Positions 10,255 through 20,642 of a stretch of DNA of 21,497 nucleotides are shown in pieces. The stretch's first letter is position 1. Each line of letters opens with the position of its first letter. The position numbers and the translations under genes are program-made. Under the pieces are notes generated by a model that made no database searches, had not been told where the DNA came from, and saw only the letters and a program-made list of their open reading frames with translations. The DNA comes from Octopus sinensis (taxonomy: Eukaryota): contig NW_021824078.1 in NCBI RefSeq assembly GCF_006345805.1, positions 1 to 21,497 on the forward strand. The letters are read 5' to 3'.

Positions 10255-10830
10255 CTTTTACTCTCTTTTACTTGTTTCAGTCATTTGACTGCGGCCATGC
10301 TGGAGCACCGCCTTTAATCGAGCAACTCGACCCCGGGACTTATTCTTTGTAAGCCCAGTACTTATTCTATCGGTCTCTTTTGCCGAACCGCTAAGTGACA
10401 GGGACGTAAACACACCAGCATCGGGTGTCAAGCAATGCCAAGGGGGACAAACACAGACACACAAACAACTATACACACACAACTTTATATATATACATAT
10501 ATACGACAGGCTTCTTTCAGTTTCCGTCTACCAAATCCACTCACAAGGCATTGGTCGGCCCGGGGCTATAGCAGAAGACACTTGCCCAAGATGCCACGCA
10601 GTGGGACTGAACCCGGAACCATGTGGTTGGTTAGCAAGCTACTTACGTATATATATATACATATATACGACAGGCTTCTTTCAGTTTCCGTCTACCAAAT
10701 CCACTCACAAGGCATTGGTCGGCCCGGGGCTATAGCAGAAGACACTTGCCCAAGATGCCACGCAGTGGGACTGAACCTGGAACCATGTGGTTGGTTAGCA
10801 AGCTACTTACCACACAGCCACTCCTGCGCC
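10255..10830 (-). mobile_element. SINE-A, full length, with a 164-bp tandem duplication of the head region
   Basis: 10501-10646 repeated at 10665-10810 with 1 substitution seen. Confidence 0.92.
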
Positions 10831-10844
10831 TCCTGTTTGTATAA

Positions 10845-11090
10845 TTATATTATCTAACGTGTCCTCCTTTTTGTTCAGGCACAGTGTATCAAGAACTACA
10901 TTATCTAATATGTTCTCGCTTTCATAGCATATCAAGGACGAATGTGTTCTGTCTTCTAGCCTTAGTGTATCTTGGACTCCGTTATCTAACATGTTCTCTA
11001 CTTTATTCAATCTCAATTTATCTCAGACACCATTATCTTAATATATCGAGGCCTTCATAATACCTCAGAGACTCCGTTATATAATATGTT
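10845..11090. repeat. Degenerate tandem of a (ACTAC/CCG)ATTATCTAATATG-like motif
   Basis: Related units near 10848, 10893, 10978, 11029 and 11073; similar to 18079-18100 and the reverse complement of 19898-19925. Confidence 0.6.
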
Positions 11091-11490
11091 CCAACTTTTA
11101 TTCGAACAACGGCAGTAATTTGATTTAGCTGAATACTCGTCATTGATTGGTTGAAATTACTGAAATACGAGAACTTTAACGTGAAATAACTTCCCAAATA
11201 TAAGCTTTTCTCAAAAACGCTAAGAGTAAAAGATGTTTTATATGACACATTCTACCAGTGTCCGAAGTTTGAATGTGTTTAGTTACAAAAAATTATTTAA
11301 ATCTGTCGGTCAAACAGTAAAGACCCTTTAGTTAAGTGATCACGTATGAGTTAATTACCAGTTAAAGGGACACGGGAAATTTTATTTAGGGGTACTATGG
11401 GGGGAATGTTTGAAAACAATATTGTTATGTTGTATGAAAATAAAATTTAAGAATTTCAAAAATGATATCATAAGCAAAATAGGTAAAATG

Positions 11491-12212
11491 TGCGCAGGTG
11501 TGGCTGTGTGGTAAGTAGCTTGCTAACGAACCACATGGTTCCAGGTTCAGTCCCACTGCGTTGCACCTTGGGTAAGTGTCTTCTACTCTAGCCTCGGGCC
11601 GACCAAAGCCTTGTGAGTGGATTTAGTAGACGGAAACTGAAAGAAGCCCCTCGTATATATGTATATGTATATATATATGTACACATATGTGTATGTGTTT
11701 GTGTGTCTATGTTTGTCCCCCCACCCGCCACCAACATCGGGCCGACCAAAGCCTTGTGAGTGGATTTAGTAGACGGAAACTGAAAGAAGCCCGTCGTATA
11801 TATGTATATGTATATATATATGTACACATATGTGTGTGTGTTTGTGTGTCTATGTTTGTCCCCCCACCCGCCGCCAACATCGGGCCGACCAATGCCTTGT
11901 GAGTGGATTTAGTAGACGGAAACTGAAAGAAGCCCGTCGTATATATGTATATGTATATATATATATGTACACATATGTGTGTGTGTTTGTGTGTCTATGT
12001 TTGTCCCCCCACCCGCCACCAACATCGGGCCGACCAAAGCCTTGTGAGTGGATTTAGTAGACGGAAATTGAAAGAAGCCCGTCGTATATATGTATATGTA
12101 TATATATATATGTACACATATGCGTATGTGTTTGTGTGTCTATGTTTGTCCCCCCCACCCCACCCGCCACCAACATCGTTTGACAACCGATGCTGGTTTG
12201 TTTACGTCCCCG
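11491..12212 (+). mobile_element. SINE-A, 3' truncated, with 4 tandem copies of an internal ~143-151-bp segment
   Basis: Units start at 11595, 11738, 11881 and 12026; SINE sequence resumes at 12177. Confidence 0.93.
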
Positions 12213-12704
12213 GTACTTTGAAAACTTGCTTGAATATGGCTTAAAGAAAAACATCGTGATAATTCTTACAAGTAGAAAGGGTTAGATTAAGAGAAACCAC
12301 GAAAGGATGGTACGATGCAAATAAACAAGTGAGGAAAGAAGAATAAAACCAAAAAAAAACAACGAGCAATTAAAATAAATAAAACATCAATTAAAAAAAA
12401 AACAAATTCGTTATCTGTGTTAATTACGTCAATAATGACCTCGATAAAGCAATCAGTGTCATGTATTTTTCAGTTCTCCGACCTCCAAAATTCGACCCTC
12501 ATTAAGATATTGTTGTGTGTGTGTGTGGGTGGTGGGTGGGTGGGTGGGTGGGTGGGTGTTGGGTGTGTGTTTGTGCAAATTGTGCGTGTATATGTTTGTG
12601 TATATGTGCGCGCGTTAAAGTGCGCGTGCGAATTCGTTCAGATATAAATACATATATATAGACACTCGCAAACACCCCACTCAGATGTGTATGCATGTGT
12701 GTAT

Positions 12705-12735
12705 GCGTGTGTAACATATATAATGATATATATAT

Positions 12736-12767
<32 letters not shown>

Positions 12768-12809
12768 ATATATATACATTTATATATATATTTATACACA
12801 TACAATTAT

Positions 12810-12849
<40 letters not shown>

Positions 12850-12871
12850 TATATATATATATATATATATA
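12705..12871. repeat. (TA)n microsatellite, interrupted
   Basis: TA run directly downstream of the hammerhead element. Confidence 0.95.
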
Positions 12872-13076
12872 TAGTTAATCCAAACATGAAAACCCAAAGA
12901 GAAAACACAACACGCGAGGACGTGGAACAAATATAGTATTATTGGACTCAGGAAGGAAGGGAAGAAGGAGGGTCTTACGTTTCGAGCGGAGCTCTTCGTC
13001 GGAAACATAGGGGAAGGAAAGATCCACAAGGGAAGACGGAGGAAAAAAAATCGCCAACGGTACACACGCGACACAT

Positions 13077-13078
<2 letters not shown>
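12872..13078 (-). mobile_element. ~205-bp Penelope-like pLTR or retrozyme-like unit
   Basis: Contains a minimal hammerhead motif; 3' end shared with 9361-9443; microsatellites on both sides. Confidence 0.65.
12972..13006 (-). ncRNA. Minimal type I hammerhead ribozyme motif
   Basis: GUUU-CCGACGA-A-GAGC(UCC)GCUC-GAAAC-GUA|AGAC: stem I GUUU/AGAC, 4-bp stem II, palindromic loopless stem III (ACGU), GUA cleavage triplet; U4-to-C core variant. Confidence 0.7.
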
Positions 13079-13107
<29 letters not shown>

Positions 13108-13165
<58 letters not shown>

Positions 13166-13343
13166 GGCAGTTTGTCTGTCTGTGTGTCTGTGTGTCTGTC
13201 AGGTTGTACCCTCACCCTGACCACGGCTTTCAACCGATTCTGATGAAACTTCACACACACACATAGCCCAATTCAAAACTAACGTAGTGAAAATTTTGAA
13301 AAGTTCCCCCAGTTCTGAAAAAAATCGATAAATTCGACATAGG
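13108..13343 (+). mobile_element. Helitron/DINE-1-like non-autonomous 5' fragment
   Basis: A|TCTATATAT start, (GTCT/GTGT)n block, TCAACCGATTCTGATGAAACTT motif; no convincing 3' end. Confidence 0.45.
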
Positions 13344-13943
13344 GTCGAGAATCTAAACTTTTTATATGCAACACATTTTCTGTTGTAGTTTTCGCAACTT
13401 GCAATCGATTTTCACCAAACTCATGGTGAAGCTTAATGTTACCCTAAGAAACTTAATTCTGGCGTTAGTTTTTCATGCAATACCTTACCATCAGAAAAAA
13501 TCGATAAAATCATGCCATTTTGGGAAATCGCGTTCAAATTCAAGATGACATATTTTCGACAATATCTTTCACAAATTGGCAGGAATTTTTTTTTTAATTC
13601 ACAGCGAGCATCATGTCTGCTCCAAGGAGCTATATGGCCCTTTTTATTCCAATAGGATACTTTATTACTGGAAAAAATCGGTTAATTAAATCATATGTAG
13701 CACACATAGCAAACCGATTTGTGTATTAAACACAAACCACAGACTGTCTAGGGGACGCAACTAGGCCTTTTTAACTCTCTTGAGAGGCGCAATGATGTTT
13801 TCATGTTTTCGCCCAAAGGGACAGCTAGGAACATCGTATACACAGAAGTATTATATATATACATGTATGTATGTATATATGTATGTATGTATGTATGTAT
13901 GTGTGTATTTATGTGAGTCTTTGTGTCTGTGTTTGTCCCTCCC

Positions 13944-13984
<41 letters not shown>

Positions 13985-13987
13985 TAT

Positions 13988-14053
13988 GGCGCAGTCGTGA
14001 CTGTGTGGTAAGAAGAAGCAGCTTGCTTCCCAACCACGTGGTTCCGGATTTAG
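13988..14053 (+). mobile_element. SINE-A head fragment (diverged)
   Basis: GGCGCAGTCGTGACTGTGTGGTAAG...CCAACCACGTGGTTCCGG. Confidence 0.75.
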
Positions 14054-14344
14054 TAAGGTGAGTAATACGATAGTTGATGTGCTGTAAAGCACGATTCGCA
14101 ACCATATAGGTCAGACCCCAATATTCAAACCACGTTCGACTTCCAAGATTTTGTGATACAGATTCACCAAGAAACACCTCATGTATATTTGGATTGAGGT
14201 CATAATCGTGCGAATTCTCACGTGTAGAACAAATTTGCAATAATTTTCTGAAAATACCCCCAAAAAAATTTGTTAATGTTATACAGGGATTATATGGGGT
14301 ACTTAAACTATCTGATATCCTCCTCATTTACTTGTCACTTTGAC

Positions 14345-14560
14345 ATTTTTTTTCTTTTTCTACTTGCTTCAGTCATTTTGACTGCGGCCATGCTGGAGCA
14401 CCGCCTTTAGTCGAGCAAGTTGACCCCGGGACTTATTCTTTTGTAAGCCCAGTACTTATTCTATCGGTCTCTTTTTGCCGAACCGCTAAGTGACGGGGAC
14501 GTAAACACACCAGCATCGGTTGTCAAGCAATGCTAGGAGGACAAACACAGACACACAAAC

Positions 14561-14611
<51 letters not shown>

Positions 14612-14775
14612 TACGACAGGCTTCTTTCAGTTTCCGTCAACCAAATCTACTCACAAGGCATTGGTCGGCCTGGGGCTATAGCAGAAGACACTTGCCCAAG
14701 ATGCTACGCAGAAGACTGAACCCGGAACCATGTGGTTGGTTAGCAAGCTACTTACCACACAGCCACTCCTGCGCC
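14345..14775 (-). mobile_element. SINE-A, full length
   Basis: Complete head to tail; internal CA/TA microsatellite. Confidence 0.92.
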
Positions 14776-15244
14776 TATGTATTGATGTTTTTCAATATTA
14801 TTCTCCCTATAAATATATTTTATGGAATAATGATGTACCCAAGAGCGGTCCATTGCCGGAATTTACACAAAAAATTCGGACTGTCCGTATTTTAAACTCT
14901 GATTTTTTTAAATAATTCGAAAAAGAGTGGAACTTTTAGGAATTTGATGGGGGTGAAAATTTAAGAAAAAAATTTTTTTTTTTCATAATTGGACGAATTC
15001 CCGTGTGTTGAAGACAAATTCGCGAAAATTTTCTGAAAATACCAAAAATATTTTTTTTTAAAGTTATGAAGGGAGTGCTTAAACCAGAATTCCGACTTGA
15101 TATCTTTTTACAGGTTTAAGCCAATTTTATTTTCCCAACACTACAAACAATTCTAGGATACGGAATGCACGCCACAACATTTCATTTCTTTTACTCTGTA
15201 AGTCCTGAGTTCAGTCGAAGACAAGTTGTCGTTGCTAATTCTGA

Positions 15245-15795
15245 TCATGGCCAGAAAATTAGTAAGGACCTCGCTTTAAGCACCGAGATGTAACTTGGAA
15301 GTTCGCGCTCGGCTAACAGCATTTTCACTTCCCATTCATTGAGTTCTTTAGCTTTACTTGGTTGCTTACTCGTCTTGTCAGTTATGTTCAAGGTGGTGTT
15401 TTGGGTGGCGATTCATTTTTGTAACTGCGTAAGGTCAACGACCAACTTTCTGGGCCGCGAGTACGCACAATAGGTATGCACTCATTGTGTGCGATTCTTT
15501 TCAACTTGTTTTTCCTTATAATGTATAGATTGCCGTGCACGATTCAGCTCAGGTATATTCTGCGTCACATCTACATCTCTTGGTCATGGCTTTTTGTCAT
15601 AAACTGTTTGACAGGAATGCTGTCACCAGCTTCTCCAGTCCATCTTATCCTGGTTTATTGCTTTGCATTTAATATTTTTTAGCAAGTAATAGACTCCACT
15701 TTGCTCCGGACATTTTCCCTGCCTGTGGTCGAGCGTAAAGACCCACTTTGCAGTGAGAATTGTGTTTTTGAGGAGGTGTAGCCCCTCCTCAAAAA
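15245..15795 (-). pseudogene. Possible decayed coding remnant, probably from a transposon; family unassigned
   Basis: Microsatellite-free complex sequence; ~183 codons readable with 4 stops and 1 frameshift near 15580. Confidence 0.25.
15765..15795. other. Perfect 12-bp stem, 7-nt loop hairpin
   Basis: TTTTTGAGGAGG-TGTAGCC-CCTCCTCAAAAA. Confidence 0.85.
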
Positions 15796-16043
15796 TTATT
15801 TGCTTTCGCGTGGAGATTACCAAGGATAACCAAGGACTGTTCTCTTTTGGGATTTACCAAGAAGCACCAAAGACTGTTTTGAACGTTTGGTCAGGAGTAC
15901 CTTTTCGGCCAAAATGATTAATTCCTTTGCTGAATTTGAACTCTTCTTCCAGCTATCGTTATTTTAAAAAAGAACCTTTTTGAACTGATTCAATGACCAT
16001 TTCATTCGCAACGGAATTTCATGACTTGAGGTCAAAATAGCAT

Positions 16044-16128
16044 GAGATGAATGTCGTTCAAAAAATTCAATCATTCATAGACATGGATAGAAAGTCATTG
16101 ATGTGCATAATTCGTAGTCATTCAATTG
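16044..16128 (+). repeat. Dispersed ~85-bp repeat, second copy at 18381-18470
   Basis: GATGAATGTCGTTCAAAAA...CAATCATTCA...GATAGAAA...CATAATTC-TAGTCATTCA shared. Confidence 0.8.
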
Positions 16129-16231
16129 TATGTATATTGTATAGTTATTGCATAGAATCTATATTATCCAGTGCATCACACCATGTGTTCGACTGTTACG
16201 TTTTAAAACAACCTTAACCTTGGAACGACAC

Positions 16232-16437
16232 CTCTTTTACTCTTTTACTTGTTTCAGTCATTTGACTGTGGCCATGCTGGAGCACCGCCTTTAGTCGAGG
16301 AAATCGACCTCAGGACTTATTCTTTGTTAGCTTAGTACTTATTCTATCGTTCTCTTTTGCCGAACCGTTAAGTTACCGGGACATAAACACACCAGCATCG
16401 GGGGACAAAAACACACACACACACACCACACACACAC

Positions 16438-16492
<55 letters not shown>

Positions 16493-16499
16493 ATATTAT

Positions 16500-16563
<64 letters not shown>

Positions 16564-16780
16564 TATACATACATATAAATATATATTTATATATTTATAT
16601 GTATGTATATATATATACGACAGGGTTCTTTCATTTTCCGTCTACCAAATCCCCTCACAAGGCTTTGGTCGGCCCGAGGCTGTAATAGAAGACACTTGCC
16701 CAAGTTGCCACACAGTGGGACTGAACCCGTGATCATGTGGTTCGTAAGCAAGCTACTTACCACACAGCCACTCCTACGCC
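16232..16780 (-). mobile_element. SINE-A, full length, with expanded internal (TA)n
   Basis: (CTTTTACT)n tail at left end, head ends ...CCTACGCC at 16780. Confidence 0.92.
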
Positions 16781-16819
16781 TATCGAAAACATAATCAAGA
16801 TCATTAACGTTATTCTTTG

Positions 16820-16926
16820 ATTTTTTTTCTATTCTTTTACTTGCCCAATGTGCCACGCAAGTGGGACTGAACCTGGAACCATGTGGTTGAGTAACAAGTT
16901 CTTACCACACAGCCAAACCTGCGCCT
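16820..16926 (-). mobile_element. Mini-SINE-A: head fused directly to a tail-like sequence
   Basis: Minus strand ...TGGGCAAGT|AAAAGAATAG; CAAGT occurs in both head and tail of the consensus. Confidence 0.65.
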
Positions 16927-17293
16927 ACGTATCAATATTTTGAAGAAACATGAATTTATGCATCAAAATAAAATAGCCAAATTTAAATTAACACCGCAAC
17001 AGAACTTTCCTCGCGGTGGAACAATAGTTTTTTCTCTGACAGCAGTTTTACATTTTCCAGATGCCTTTAGCTAGGCCGAAATAATGCCTTCACTACTTGA
17101 CCCTTTTTAACCTCTTCTACTTCACCAAAAGCTAGAATAGAGATAACCAGACCACCAACTAAATCTAGTGTTCTCAATGATATATCTATCCTTCTGGATA
17201 GTTATAAAAGCAAGCACACAAACGCCACTAGTAATCCATCATTTAAAGCGTTCTTTATTTTAAAACACAGTGGGATGTGATCTGAGAGAATTA

Positions 17294-17511
17294 CGAGGGG
17301 ATGCTAAAAAGTTCTTGGCTTTGAGAGTGTCGTGAAAGGCCTGGTTGGAGGCCCAACTTTCCGAGTTCTTATACAGGGCTTAGAAAAATTGAAGGACCGC
17401 TGCAGTAAGTGTGTGAATCTGATAGGGGAATATGCTGAATAAAATCATAATTAACTCATCCTCCTATATTTTCTTTTCCCCCAAAGTCAGGAACTTTTCA
17501 GCACACCCTCA
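17294..17511 (+). mobile_element. Mariner-derived MITE (internal deletion derivative)
   Basis: TIRs CGAGGGGATGCTAAAAAGTTCTTGGCTTT / rc TGAGGGTGTGCTGAAAAGTTCCTGACTTT; TA at 17292-17293; transposase C-terminal remnant AWLEAQLSEF/QGLEKLKDRCSKCVNLIGEYAE* at ~17337-17442. Confidence 0.88.
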
Positions 17512-17624
17512 TCTAGGTGCTATTTCAAGCAGGTCGTATAACCAAGTGGAGGATCACACATATGTTAGTGTTGTACAGGATGATAAGAAGTGGAGTATAA
17601 AGCTGTTATTGTTGTATAAACCAA

Positions 17625-18021
17625 CTAGCAGTATCGCCCGGCGTTGCTCGGGTTTGTAAGGGAAATAACTATATAAGCATTTTTAGAGATGTAAAGTATA
17701 ATAACCATCTCAATATGGCTAACCACAAAGGGGGGGGAGTTACTGTAGCTTTTTACGTTCTGAGATTTAATAATACATTTTTAGAGAGTTACTTCCCTTA
17801 TATATGCCAAAAATGCATTAAAAATAGGAAAAAATTATGGTAATTTTTTTTTTAAATCGTAGACTCATCGTAGACGCGCGCTAATACCCAGAAGGGCTCG
17901 ATATGAATCACGACTATAAGATACCCGCTTTTGGTTACACTGCACCGCAAAATGTGGGAGTAGTTAGGAATCTAAATCGTAGGAGACAGACACCACACAA
18001 CCTCACTTTTATATATATAGA
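17625..18021 (-). mobile_element. Complete 397-bp non-autonomous Helitron
   Basis: Minus strand A|TCTATATAT...CTAG|T; hairpin CCCGAGCAACGCCGGG (17637-17652) 8 nt before CTAG; no TSD. Confidence 0.85.
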
Positions 18022-18439
18022 TGTCAACCTTGAGCTAAACATCCCATTTCTTTTAATATATAGATATAATGTACCTAGGACTACACTATCCAATATGCTA
18101 ATCCTCTTATTATAAGATGGTTGTGTATGGTTTAAGAAAGATTTTGTTGCTATTTCAAGCTGGTCGATTAATCACATAGAAGTACCCGTTACGAGCTTTA
18201 ACTGTTTCATTATCGATCTTTGTTCTAAATATAGAAAGTTAGGAATATATTTGCACTATAATTTACGCAAAATTACCAAAATAATCTGTTAATCCACTCA
18301 TTAGTGTTTTTCTGGACGTTAATCTGATGCTTGGGGATTATGTCAAGAAGAAGGCTGCTTAAAAGAGGTCAAGATAAGATGGGATGAATGTCGTTCAAAA
18401 ATATCCAATCATTCATTGACATTGATAGAAATTCATAGA

Positions 18440-18600
18440 TGTACATAATTCATAGTCATTCATAAACATTTAGTCATTCATAAGCATTTAGTCATTCATA
18501 AACATTCATTAGTCATTCGTGAACATTCATTAGTCATTCACAGACGTTTATAGTCATTTATAGACATTCATTGTCGCTTATCATTCATAGCCATTCGTTG
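18440..18600. repeat. Degenerate ~18-20-bp minisatellite (TAGTCATTCATAAACATT)
   Basis: About 8 imperfect units extending from the 85-bp dispersed repeat. Confidence 0.8.
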
Positions 18601-19161
18601 ACATACATACAGTGCTGGCGTTAGGAAAGGCGGGGCCCAATTAGAGAATTGCCCGTGGGGCCCTCTGCTCTACAAAAGCTGAAAATTGATGTTTCATGTT
18701 TCATATAGTAAACCAGTCCCAGCCAAAAAACAATGAGGGCTTGAGACTCCACCAGTAGTCACAATGATATACTTAAAATTCATTATTGCATCCTCTGCTC
18801 GAGCGTGTACGCGGGGTTCTCTCTTAGCGCGAGGCTCAATTTGAACAAGTCTGTCTAAGTGGTTTCAAACCGATCCTGCGTACATCATTCTTCTATACTA
18901 TAATAGAGAAAGCTCCTTATTTATTAGGTATGTAACAATTACTAAAAGTACTAAAAGAAAGCAATTATTAAAGGGTTGACCGTCTGGACAGGTCAAGTCT
19001 CCTCGCTCTTTTGTCTAATAAAATCAGTTAACGGTGGCACCTCTGCAATAATTGTTCGGCCTGCTAGAAATAGCAGCCACATAACTTTCAAATAAATCTT
19101 CACAGTGTTAATCAAGGAAGTACACATTAGATAATATAATTCTAAATGAATGAATTCTATA

Positions 19162-19323
19162 GGCCTAGGAGAGGCTGTGTGGTAAGTAGCTTGCTTACGA
19201 ACCACATGGTTCCAGATTCAGTTCCACTGCGTGGCACCTTGGGCAAGTGTCTTCTACTATAGCTTCGGGCCGACCAAAGCCTTGTGAGTGGATTTGTTAG
19301 ATGGAAACTGAAAGAAGCCCGTC

Positions 19324-19403
<80 letters not shown>

Positions 19404-19674
19404 ATGTATGTATGTATGTATGTATGTGTGTGTGAATGTGTTTGTATGTTTGTGTTTACCCCCCCCCCCCCCCACCAACATCGCTTGACGACCAATGCTG
19501 GTGTGTTCACGTCCCAGTAACTAAGCAGTTCGGCAAAAGAGACCGATAGAATAAGTACTAGGCTTACAACGAATAAGTCCTGGGGTCGATTTGCTCGACT
19601 AAAAGGCGGTGCTCCAGCATGGCCGCAGGCAGTCAAATGACTGAAACAAGTAAAAGAGTAAAAGAGTAAAAGAG
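19162..19674 (+). mobile_element. SINE-A, full length
   Basis: Head, internal TA/TG/TATG microsatellite, tail (GTAAAAGA)3. Confidence 0.93.
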
Positions 19675-19970
19675 AACCTAAAAGGACGGGATGGTCACGA
19701 CTGAAATACCATTGATTATTGAACGGCTAAAAGAGCGCAGTTGTGAGATTAAACCATACAAAAAACTGCGACAGTATACACTTCTGTACAGCAACAGCAT
19801 GAGTGCTCAATCCCCGAAACACCCTCATTATTCTTTGTACAGTGACACAAAAACATTATGAAAACGTGACACAACCATCTTATAATAAGAGGATTAGCAT
19901 ATTGGATAATGTAGTCCTAGGTACATTATATCTATATAAAAAAAATGGGATGTTTAGCTCAAGGTTGACA

Positions 19971-20147
19971 TCTATATATATAAAAGTGAGGTTGTGTGCT
20001 GTCTGTCTCCTACGATTTAGATTCCTAACTACTCCCACATTTTGCGGTGCAGTTTAACCAAAAGCGGGTATCTTATAGTCGTGATTCATATCGAGCCCTT
20101 CTGGGTATTAGCGCGCGTCTACGATGAGTCTACGATTTTAAAAAAAA
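19971..20147 (+). mobile_element. 5' half of the same Helitron, inverted relative to 17625-18021
   Basis: A|TC start; 2 substitutions versus the other copy; breaks off in an A-run. Confidence 0.85.
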
Positions 20148-20347
20148 CTGTATGGAAATACTTCGCTTTGTAATAAAGAACAATACACCGTTTATCTGGG
20201 GGAGCAGTTTTGTGTCATTACCTCAAGAACTCCAAACCACAAAAACATAAATACCCCACACATTCTACACATACAAACCCAGGTGGAAATATGACAGGAT
20301 AAGACAAATTTCCTCCCCTGAATTATATGTGTATATAAATTGACCAA

Positions 20348-20642
20348 TGGCAGACTCGTTAGCATGCTGGACGAAATGCTTAGCGGTATTTCGCCTGTTT
20401 CTACATCCTGAGTTCAAATTCCGTCGAGGTCGACTTTACCTTTCATCCTTTCGGGGTCGATAAATTAAGTACCAGTTACGCACTGGGGTCGATGTAATCG
20501 ACTTAATACCTATGTCTGTCCTTGTTTAGCCCCTTGTGGGTAATAAAGAAATAGGTATTTCGCCTGTTTCTACATTCTGAGTTCAAATTCCGTCGAGGTC
20601 GACTTTACTTTTCATCATTTCTGGGTCGATAAATTAAGTACC
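20348..20642 (+). mobile_element. SINE-B, one unit plus a partial tandem unit
   Basis: Period 169 bp (GGTA at 20385 and 20554); both units share private variants CGCCTGTTTCTACAT and CCGTCGAGG. Confidence 0.9.

Noticed and set aside
13239-13255. CTGATGA-AAC as a hammerhead core
   Set aside because: No stem II or separate GAAA; the motif is typical of Helitron/DINE-like cores
13718-13764. 3' hairpin and CTAG ending the 13108 Helitron-like fragment
   Set aside because: Hairpin is AT-rich and both CTAGs are followed by G, not T
17040-17090. Splice acceptor TTTTACATTTTCCAG and downstream exon
   Set aside because: Stops in all three frames within 30 nt and no donor
18610-18665. hAT-like terminus CAGTGCTGGC...GGGGCCC
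   Set aside because: No matching second TIR or TSD found in the window
2708-19636. Recurrent ORFs containing [15 protein letters not shown] / GHAGAPP
   Set aside because: Translations of SINE-A copies on both strands
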